Positions 8,659-15,310 of a stretch of DNA of 36,394 nt are shown piece after piece. A program made the translations under genes and the position numbers. The notes beneath the pieces were generated by a model. That model was given only the letters and a program-made list of their open reading frames with translations, was not told the origin of the DNA and ran no database searches. The number at the start of each line of letters is the position of its first letter. The stretch's first letter is position 1. Source of the DNA: a virus (lineage: Duplodnaviria > Caudoviricetes); the IMG/VR virus record IMGVR_UViG_3300009786_000034, positions 1 to 36,394 of that record, one strand, 5' to 3'.

Positions 8659-8806
8659 AATTAGTTTTTAAGAATCTTACATATAATAATTACCTGAAGA
8701 ACGCCTGTTATCGCTCTAGTTTCCATCGTGTCGGTTGTTCTTTTCGTCCCACGCCTTTTCCTTCGCGCTCTTTCTCTTAGGCCCATACATGACGAGCTTT
8801 TTAAGT

Positions 8807-9034
8807 TTATTCTTCCATTTTTGGCTTTTCTTCATATATTATATTTCCAATTTCTATTGCTTTACAAAAGTATCCTAGTTTAAAATGATAGTGCTGAATA
8901 AAAAATACAAGAGCCACTATAACATACGCCTCCCAGCTTGTCAATCCAAATTTCGTCCACAATAAGAATCCAATAAGGATCAAGGGGGAGAACTTATTTA
9001 GTAAGTGTTCGATGGTCGCTTGAAGAAAGCTCAT
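8807..9034 (-). CDS. small membrane protein
   Basis: Two hydrophobic helices. Confidence 0.6.
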   Translation of the reverse strand: MSFLQATIEHLLNKFSPLILIGFLLWTKFGLTSWEAYVIVALVFFIQHYHFKLGYFCKAIEIGNIIYEEKPKMEE

Positions 9035-9132
9035 TTAGTTTCCTTATATTTTTTAATTTGTTTTAATATCTCAGGGAGGAGGGGTTTGAATTCCTGCTTT
9101 GGGAAATTAAAGAGAGGTTTGAATTCTTTCAT
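9031..9132 (-). CDS. small protein (33 aa, not in the ORF track)
   Basis: MKEFKPLFNFPKQEFKPLLPEILKQIKKYKETK; sits behind a promoter and has an ATGA overlap with the next gene. Confidence 0.5.
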   Translation of the reverse strand: MKEFKPLFNFPKQEFKPLLPEILKQIKKYKETK

Positions 9133-9139
9133 TCTCTAT

Positions 9140-9168
9140 ATGATACTCTATTTCTTCGGACCTGTCAA
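9140..9168 (-). promoter_or_regulatory. sigma70-like promoter
   Basis: TTGACA-17-TATCAT, 7 nt before the ATG at 9132. Confidence 0.75.
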
Positions 9169-9170
9169 TA

Positions 9171-9198
9171 AAAAAGAGCCTCCGTAGAGGCTCTTTTT
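9171..9198. terminator. intrinsic terminator, potentially bidirectional
   Basis: AAAAAGAGCCTC-CGTA-GAGGCTCTTTTT perfect hairpin downstream of the porin-like gene. Confidence 0.85.
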
Positions 9199-9220
9199 AA
9201 ATAAACAACTGAAGGTTAGC

Positions 9221-9901
9221 TTAGAAGGCGTGCTGAATGCCTCCAAACACCGATACTGTTTCATCTGCATTAACAACGTCCTTGACATCTGTCAAGTCTA
9301 CCCCTACAAACAAGGAGGTATCCTCATTAATAGCTCTAGTAAGCAAGGTGTCCACTCCGTAATAAGTAGTCCTGTCTCCGCCTAGTTCTGTATTACCTGC
9401 ATTAGCAGATACACCTAGAGAATAATTCTCCCAGACTTCAAAACTCTGACTTAAGGAACCTTCAACAGTCGTTACGCCTCCGTCAGGGTTATGATAAACC
9501 CGAACGCTGGGGTCTAAAATAATTTCTAGCCCTAATTCAGCATAAACTTCTGTGCCATTACCTAGAACATGGTTGTCTGTGTAGTTAACTACCCCAATAG
9601 AAGTATCAATCCCCTCAAGAATCTTTACTCCAGTATGGGCTTGCAGTTGTACTTCATCCGTCCCATCCCTAGTATTTACTAGTCCTCCGATCCCGATCTC
9701 AAAACCTGCCAGATCTAGAGAAGTGTCAAACGTAGTTTGAATGCCGTCTTGACCTGTGGAAACCCCACGAAAGCTAAGTTCAGAATTATAGCTTGCGGAG
9801 AAATCCCCATGCAATTCGGCAGCGTTAATCTTTTTATAAGCAAATAGGCCCAAAAGGACTACTGCAACTACTATACCAATCTTTACGAGTTTATTTTTCA
9901 T
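9221..9901 (-). CDS. outer-membrane beta-barrel protein (TorF/TIGR02001-like putative porin)
   Basis: N-terminal signal-like segment, S.L.FRGVS motif, alternating beta-strands, EVYAELG, C-terminal Phe (GGIQHAF). Confidence 0.7.
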   Translation of the reverse strand: MKNKLVKIGIVVAVVLLGLFAYKKINAAELHGDFSASYNSELSFRGVSTGQDGIQTTFDTSLDLAGFEIGIGGLVNTRDGTDEVQLQAHTGVKILEGIDTSIGVVNYTDNHVLGNGTEVYAELGLEIILDPSVRVYHNPDGGVTTVEGSLSQSFEVWENYSLGVSANAGNTELGGDRTTYYGVDTLLTRAINEDTSLFVGVDLTDVKDVVNADETVSVFGGIQHAF

Positions 9902-9937
9902 AATATTTTTTGATTTGTAAATTAGCGAAATAGTACA

Positions 9938-10087
9938 CTACTCCGCAGAAATATCTAAAACTTTTTTCTCCAGCTTCTGAATGCGCGACAAGAGATAGGC
10001 GAGCTTTGAGCGAGTCTTTTCCTCAAGTAATTGGACGCGCTCTTCTAGTGGCCGCTTATAAAGTAAAGGTTTTTCTTTATCTTTCAT
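9938..10087 (-). CDS. small coiled-coil protein (49 aa, not in the ORF track)
   Basis: MKDKEKPLLYKRPLEERVQLLEEKTRSKLAYLVARIQKLEKKVLDISAE; TAATG overlap. Confidence 0.55.
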   Translation of the reverse strand: MKDKEKPLLYKRPLEERVQLLEEKTRSKLAYLLSRIQKLEKKVLDISAE

Positions 10088-10908
10088 TAAAACTTAAAAA
10101 TTCTTTTGCCCGCATGATCGCGATCCTTCCCTAAGTGCCATACGGGAATGGCAATTTCCACTATAGTACAAGCAGGGGTCTTCTCTGTGCGACCAACCAC
10201 TTCCCCTGTCGCCCCATCTACCGAGGGGCTAGGATTCCACTGTGACCGAAACATAACGTCCGAACCTCCACATGTAGGGTAAGAAGGGTAGAGGTTCCCG
10301 CTAGCCTTAGCTATAGAAGTAAACTCCCCAAATTTTTGAGCTTTTAGGTGCGCCTGAAATCCAGGGGTGAAGGTAAATTCTCGATTCTTTAAGTGTTTAA
10401 CCACGGCGCTTTGCAGGTTGAACATTTGAAAAAATCCACACCCAATATGACTGCTTTCGTCAATAAACTTTCCCACAACCGACGGCTGGCGAAAAAGAGC
10501 AATCTCCTGCACAGCTCGGATGTATTCCTCACGATCTTTAAATTCTACACGCTTAGACCCATATAAAATTTCCTTATTAATATGAGGGTTAGCGGAAGAA
10601 AAAACTTCTTCATAGCCCTTCGGGAAGATGACATCTGAATCGCTATGTATAATCCAGTCGTTATACTTGCTGGCCCGAAGGCCCTCGTTGATAGCAAGAC
10701 CCCTATTGAATGGGGCTCCATATTTATAAAAAAGATCAGTTGTTACTACCTCCGCCTTATTCTCTAAGGCTACCTTTTGCGTCTCGAAATCCGTAGGAGT
10801 AGTGACAATGATAACATTATCAAACTTACGACTATTAAGTGGGAGAGTATGCTTGAGAAAATGCGCATGATTCACACACGCCTCAACTAATTCGAATTTA
10901 TGATTCAT
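10087..10908 (-). CDS. GT-A fold glycosyltransferase
   Basis: FNRGLAINEG, WIIHSDSDV, GFFQMF, GGSD, VWHLG. Confidence 0.75.
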   Translation of the reverse strand: MNHKFELVEACVNHAHFLKHTLPLNSRKFDNVIIVTTPTDFETQKVALENKAEVVTTDLFYKYGAPFNRGLAINEGLRASKYNDWIIHSDSDVIFPKGYEEVFSSANPHINKEILYGSKRVEFKDREEYIRAVQEIALFRQPSVVGKFIDESSHIGCGFFQMFNLQSAVVKHLKNREFTFTPGFQAHLKAQKFGEFTSIAKASGNLYPSYPTCGGSDVMFRSQWNPSPSVDGATGEVVGRTEKTPACTIVEIAIPVWHLGKDRDHAGKRIFKF

Positions 10909-11243
10909 TAACGTACTAAATTGCGAGCTAGTTCTACGAGGGTCGCTTCCTTGACTAACTCGTCCTGAAGCTTCTCATAAATCTCATCTTCCGTGAAACC
11001 TTCCAACTTCCCCCATCTATAAACCTTTGGGTCTTGCATATAAACTCGAAGCCTATCCTCCGTGTCAATGCCAATGCTCGCATAAGTCCCGTTGTCTGCG
11101 CCGCAGACAAGTACGATCTTGTCGGTGTCGGTCCTTATAAACTTCCGTTTCAAAATCGTGTTATTAACGCTGCAATGATCCTTTAAATAAAGAAAAGCTA
11201 CTTCCACACGAGAATCTAATTTATATTTTGTACTATCTGCCAT
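10908..11243 (-). CDS. hypothetical protein
   Basis: 111-aa packed ORF. Confidence 0.7.
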   Translation of the reverse strand: MADSTKYKLDSRVEVAFLYLKDHCSVNNTILKRKFIRTDTDKIVLVCGADNGTYASIGIDTEDRLRVYMQDPKVYRWGKLEGFTEDEIYEKLQDELVKEATLVELARNLVR

Positions 11244-11244
11244 C

Positions 11245-11484
11245 TTATATGTTATCTTGCTTCTTTTTATTATCGTAAGCTAGGGTAAGGAGGTGTAGAA
11301 GCTTGGAGTCTCGAACGGGAAGGTATTCCTTACAATCTACACAGCCGCCATCCGTGCAAAAGTAAAAGGCTTTTTTAACAAAAGAATAAAGACCGAAAAG
11401 CGTTTTGGGCGCAGTTATCTCAATGAGATAACCGATACCCTTTTTGCTAATTGAAGAAACCGTCGCTTGCATTTTATTTACCAT
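11245..11484 (-). CDS. hypothetical protein
   Basis: Start moved to MVNKMQ (or 11472) to avoid a long overlap; contains C..G.C..C. Confidence 0.55.
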   Translation of the reverse strand: MVNKMQATVSSISKKGIGYLIEITAPKTLFGLYSFVKKAFYFCTDGGCVDCKEYLPVRDSKLLHLLTLAYDNKKKQDNI

Positions 11485-11959
11485 AGAGCGCGTTGAAAAT
11501 GGATTTAGACTTACTTCTAAGCCTCGTCCGACGCTCAACAGAGGCTTCTGCACGTTCTCTTTCGAGACGCTCTCTTTCTGCAGCCTTATCAATAAGTTCC
11601 TCGTTTTCATTTGAGAGCTTCCCCAGCTCCGCCAATAGCTCTTCCCTGCGGCGCTCACGCTCCTGCGCTTCCTGGCCATGATCCTCGGACTCCCTTTCTA
11701 AGTCACGCAGTTTAGAATATAACTCCGCCTCCTCTTGGGCCTCCCGCTCTCGACGCTGTTTATCAGCCTCCTCTTGATCGGGGGTGCCCCGAGCGCAAAT
11801 CAAGAACAATATTTCTTGGCTTGAGTCCTCGCTGACGATCTCTTCGCTGTACTCGACTAAATCCAGCCACTGATCCTTGTCAAGCGATACAAAATTATCG
11901 CTATCCTTTACTTGCTCAGGAAGCGAGCTATCCGTCACTAAAGCGTAATCTAGATTCAT
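11474..11959 (-). CDS. charged coiled-coil protein
   Basis: E/R-rich helical C-terminal half; preceded by the GTGTAT motif. Confidence 0.7.
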   Translation of the reverse strand: MNLDYALVTDSSLPEQVKDSDNFVSLDKDQWLDLVEYSEEIVSEDSSQEILFLICARGTPDQEEADKQRREREAQEEAELYSKLRDLERESEDHGQEAQERERRREELLAELGKLSNENEELIDKAAERERLERERAEASVERRTRLRSKSKSIFNALYGK

Positions 11960-11970
11960 AGTTCGATAAA

Positions 11971-11976
11971 ATACAC
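11971..11976 (-). promoter_or_regulatory. GTGTAW motif (putative phage promoter)
   Basis: GTGTAT 11 nt before the ATG at 11959. Confidence 0.5.
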
Positions 11977-12309
11977 CTAGGATAACAATTCTGGAACTTC
12001 GTCGTCTGCTGCCTTTGTTGTTAGCATTTCGGCTTGAGGAGTTTCAGCTTGAGGAGTGTCAGCTTGAGGAGTGTCAGCTTGAGGAGTGTCGGTCTGAGGG
12101 CGATCTTGCGATTCGTATATCACGAAATCAGGAGCGCGCTCATTCTTATCTCTGTTTTTATTAGTAAAAATTACTAATCTCACTTCCTTTTCTACGCCAA
12201 ACTCACCAATCTTAACGAAGCCCGATAAATAAGTCTGACTTTTGCCTGAGCGCTTCCAAAGTGCTCCTAGTTCACGTTTACTCCATTCGTTTTGCTTTTC
12301 TTCACTCAT
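11977..12309 (-). CDS. DUF736-like protein, possibly ssDNA-binding
   Basis: LGALWKR, YLSG, F.NK...PDF; low-complexity linker and acidic tail. Confidence 0.6.
   Translation of the reverse strand: MSEEKQNEWSKRELGALWKRSGKSQTYLSGFVKIGEFGVEKEVRLVIFTNKNRDKNERAPDFVIYESQDRPQTDTPQADTPQADTPQAETPQAEMLTTKAADDEVPELLS
12031..12099. repeat. 15-bp in-frame tandem repeat (about 4.5 copies)
   Basis: agcttgaggagtgtc units encoding (D/E)TPQA. Confidence 0.9.
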
Positions 12310-12335
12310 AATATTTCTTTCTAATGTTTTTGGTT

Positions 12336-12497
12336 TTAGTTATCAAATAATTTTCTTAAATTATCTAAATATCTTTTCTTATCGCTATCGCTCAAGGAGA
12401 TATACTCTTTCTTAATTCCTCGATAGTTTCGTCTTGCTACGGGGTCGTCCTGCAGTCCAACGATTGATCGAATTTCTTTGGCTTTTTTTTGATTCAT
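12336..12497 (-). CDS. small basic protein (53 aa, not in the ORF track)
   Basis: MNQKKAKEIRSIVGLQDDPVARRNYRGIKKEY...; ATGA overlap. Confidence 0.6.
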   Translation of the reverse strand: MNQKKAKEIRSIVGLQDDPVARRNYRGIKKEYISLSDSDKKRYLDNLRKLFDN

Positions 12498-12925
12498 TGT
12501 ATTTTAAAAGGTCCGCCAAAGTTTTTTGCAGACTTAAAAGGAGTCTTGAGCTTGGCTTTTTTGGAAAATGTGGGGGCGGCTGCAGCAGGCCGCGCCCCCT
12601 GCTTGGGAGTAGCCTTGATGACAGGAAGGGGCGGCTTGCTTAAGGGTAATTTGGGCTTAACAACCTCTTCTACTCCCGCTTCGCCTTCGACTCCCTCATC
12701 GCCTTTAGGCACTTCTATTCCGATAAGAAAAGATTGAATATAAGCCTTGATTGCTTCAAACTCACTAGGAGTTGCTGGTGTAAAAGTAGTATAAGCTAAA
12801 GCTGTGCCGCTGCCATCTAAATATGGAAGATACGCCCATATTTGGTTATACTCATTATCAAACTCAAATCCAACAAACTTATTGAGGTTTATGAGAACGT
12901 TATTTATATAAATTAAATTTTGCAT
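12494..12925 (-). CDS. hypothetical protein with a Pro/Lys/Ala-rich tail
   Basis: 143 aa: globular N-terminal half, acidic linker, basic tail. Confidence 0.7.
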   Translation of the reverse strand: MQNLIYINNVLINLNKFVGFEFDNEYNQIWAYLPYLDGSGTALAYTTFTPATPSEFEAIKAYIQSFLIGIEVPKGDEGVEGEAGVEEVVKPKLPLSKPPLPVIKATPKQGARPAAAAPTFSKKAKLKTPFKSAKNFGGPFKIQ

Positions 12926-13129
12926 TTACTTCCCTTCTTTTTCGAATAATCCCTTTAGTTTTAAGCCCGTATCCGCTAGAGAGCTATATTTGTCTATTTC
13001 TTCTATCAAATCTTTAATGGCTGTATATTTACCTTGCTCCATTGATCTTTTTAATTGTAATAATTTCTGTTCCCTCTGTGCAATAAACTCATTAACAACT
13101 GGACCAAGATATTCTGAAAGCTTACTCAT
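12926..13129 (-). CDS. hypothetical protein
   Basis: Probable start MSKLSEY. Confidence 0.6.
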   Translation of the reverse strand: MSKLSEYLGPVVNEFIAQREQKLLQLKRSMEQGKYTAIKDLIEEIDKYSSLADTGLKLKGLFEKEGK

Positions 13130-13227
13130 AATTTTTTCCTGTAAAAAAACAAAAATAAGCAAACCAAACAGAGCCTACAAAATAAAAGAAATCTAAAAGT
13201 GCCATGTCCATAATTTATTGTGGGTAT

Positions 13228-13256
13228 AGGATACTAAATTAATCATGCTTTGTCAA
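13228..13256 (-). promoter_or_regulatory. sigma70-like promoter
   Basis: TTGACA-17-TATCCT. Confidence 0.65.
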
Positions 13257-13264
13257 CAAAAAAA

Positions 13265-14203
13265 TTATACTTCCCTCCACGGGGTTGTCAAGAAGCACGA
13301 TAGGTCCTTGCCTCCTGCGTAGGAAACTGACGAAGATAAATCTTCCTGAATTTCTTGTAACTTTTCTCGATAAGTGAAATTACTACAAGGAACTTCCTTC
13401 ATTACGCCCTCAATGTGTTTTTTAACATCCTTATTATGCTCGCTAGCCGAACCAAAATATTGCTTATAAGTTTTGCCGTCCACCACAGTACTAACGGCGG
13501 GGCTATCAAGACAACGACTAAAGAGAGACCCCGCCATCACCATGTCTGCGCCCGCCACCAAAGCTTTTGCAATATCTCCATGACTGCGGATTCCTCCATC
13601 CGCAATGACTGGAATCGGTGCCCCAGCTGTACAATCTTGTACGCATGAAAACATAGGGCGAGTAAATCCCGTCTTATCCTTCGTTGTGCATACATAACCT
13701 TGACCGATTCCTGCTTTGGCGCAATCCGCGCCCCATTTTGCTAAGTCTTTGACCCCTTCGGCCGTAGCTACATTGCCTGCTATAAGAAAGGTGTCGGGCA
13801 AATGCTTCTTCACGAATTTAACCATTTCCTTCATGCCTGCACAATGTCCATGAGCAATATCAATTGTAATATAGTCTACCCGTAGGCCAAAACGCGACAA
13901 GAGTAAAACATTATCTTTATCTTCTTTTTTAACTCCCAGACTAATAGAAATAAGCTTCCATTGCGCCGCCTTCTGGCAGAACTTGATTGGGTCTACCCCA
14001 AAGCGATGCATTATATAAAAATAATAATCTTCACTTAGAGTGAAGGCATGATTGGAGTCCATAACCGACTTCATGTTGGCAGGAACAACGGGGACCGAAA
14101 AAGAATTATAACCCAGCTGAACCGTGGTTACCGCTTTAGAGCGGCTTCTTAAATCAGAATACTTGGGTAGTAATACTACATCAGAATACTTAAGTTCTTT
14201 CAT
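13265..14203 (-). CDS. guaC: GMP reductase
   Basis: PVVPANM, ITIDIAHGH, IAGNVAT, GIGQGYVCTTK..TG, IADGGIR..GDIAKAL; no CBS domains. Confidence 0.88.
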   Translation of the reverse strand: MKELKYSDVVLLPKYSDLRSRSKAVTTVQLGYNSFSVPVVPANMKSVMDSNHAFTLSEDYYFYIMHRFGVDPIKFCQKAAQWKLISISLGVKKEDKDNVLLLSRFGLRVDYITIDIAHGHCAGMKEMVKFVKKHLPDTFLIAGNVATAEGVKDLAKWGADCAKAGIGQGYVCTTKDKTGFTRPMFSCVQDCTAGAPIPVIADGGIRSHGDIAKALVAGADMVMAGSLFSRCLDSPAVSTVVDGKTYKQYFGSASEHNKDVKKHIEGVMKEVPCSNFTYREKLQEIQEDLSSSVSYAGGKDLSCFLTTPWREV

Positions 14204-14742
14204 TACCTAAATTCTTTCCTTAAAAGTCTCCATCTGTCAGAATCAATTTCTTTGCTGCCGCCATTAATGGCATGCAACATTTCAACTATTTCGTCAATCG
14301 AATTATAAATATATTTGTGTGGAAACATTCCGAGCATCCAAAGAGGCGTTGTCTGTTTTCCTCCTTCCATGCTTACGAAAACAGGTTTCTTCATTCTTAC
14401 AGCAGTCACAATCTCTTCTGCGCTGCCCCAGCTAGCTACATCTGGAACCAAATGAGCTATGATAAAATCCGATCTATCTACTAAATTTAAATCATACGAT
14501 CTAACGGTCTTCATTCGTTCTGTGACCCTATCGTATTGTTTAGTCTTCATCCAGACGTCCATTTCCTCTCTTGTGGCCTCGTCCTCCTCGACATCTCTAA
14601 TAAAAGGCTTGTTATAAGGATCAAAACAAGTGATGCCTAGAGGTTCCAGCCTTTCTGTAACATCCGATCTCCAATCTCGCCCCTCCACATATTGCATGTG
14701 ACCAACAAGATAAGTCTTGGTTTTATATAGTAAGTCCTTCAT
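14203..14742 (-). CDS. nucleoside 2-deoxyribosyltransferase-like protein
   Basis: YLVGHM, WR, FDP, DLNLVDRSD, WGSAEE; start at the ATG behind the promoter. Confidence 0.7.
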   Translation of the reverse strand: MKDLLYKTKTYLVGHMQYVEGRDWRSDVTERLEPLGITCFDPYNKPFIRDVEEDEATREEMDVWMKTKQYDRVTERMKTVRSYDLNLVDRSDFIIAHLVPDVASWGSAEEIVTAVRMKKPVFVSMEGGKQTTPLWMLGMFPHKYIYNSIDEIVEMLHAINGGSKEIDSDRWRLLRKEFR

Positions 14743-14752
14743 TATGCCTACT

Positions 14753-14781
14753 ACTTTAGCATAAAAAGAAGGATAAGTCAA
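14753..14781 (-). promoter_or_regulatory. sigma70-like promoter
   Basis: TTGACT-17-TAAAGT, 10 nt before the ATG at 14742. Confidence 0.65.
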
Positions 14782-14782
14782 G

Positions 14783-15148
14783 CTATTTGATCCTCAGTAC
14801 CTCCCATTTTACTTTTTTTTCTTTAATTAGATCTCTCACTTTGCGTTGAGTAGTGGTTAGTTGGGAATTTCCTGTCTTTACCTCCATGAATATTATTTCT
14901 TCTTCTTCAAAGATAATGAAGTCAATGGGTGTGGCTAAAAATCTAGCTTGTTTGCGATTATATTTAAAATCTTTTAATAAAGGGACAAAATGCTCGGCGA
15001 TCTGCCCCGTCCTAACTTCAGAGCTTTTCTTTTGTGAATTAAGTTTTTTAAATGCATCTGAGTGAAGGAGCCTGTCCCTTCTCCATAGCATTAATATTAA
15101 CAGACACGCGTGAAGGGCTAATAGTAATATTATTTTTTCCACTTGCAA
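14783..15148 (-). CDS. endonuclease related to archaeal Holliday junction resolvase, with an N-terminal TM segment
   Basis: GQIAEHFVP, RFLATPIDFIIF, FMEVKTG.SQL...QRKVRD. Confidence 0.8.
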   Translation of the reverse strand: MQVEKIILLLALHACLLILMLWRRDRLLHSDAFKKLNSQKKSSEVRTGQIAEHFVPLLKDFKYNRKQARFLATPIDFIIFEEEEIIFMEVKTGNSQLTTTQRKVRDLIKEKKVKWEVLRIK

Positions 15149-15300
15149 TAGTTGGGGTTTTGCGATCTTTTTTTACGCATATACTCTCGTTTTTGCTGGC
15201 GGCGCCGCTCTAAATCGGACTCATCATACTTTTTACGCGCTCGCGAGAGAGCTTCTTTGCCTTTGGGGGTTTGTGCGTATTTTTTTTGACTATCGCTCAT
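15130..15300 (-). CDS. small basic protein (56 aa, not in the ORF track)
   Basis: MSDSQKKYAQTPKGKEALSRARKKYDESDLERRRQQKREYMRKKR...; fills the gap. Confidence 0.6.
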   Translation of the reverse strand: MSDSQKKYAQTPKGKEALSRARKKYDESDLERRRQQKREYMRKKRSQNPNYCKWKK

Positions 15301-15310
15301 ATATCGTCCA

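Noticed and set aside
12031-12099. CRISPR mini-array
   Set aside because: The 15-bp units are contiguous with no spacers and are in frame within a CDS.
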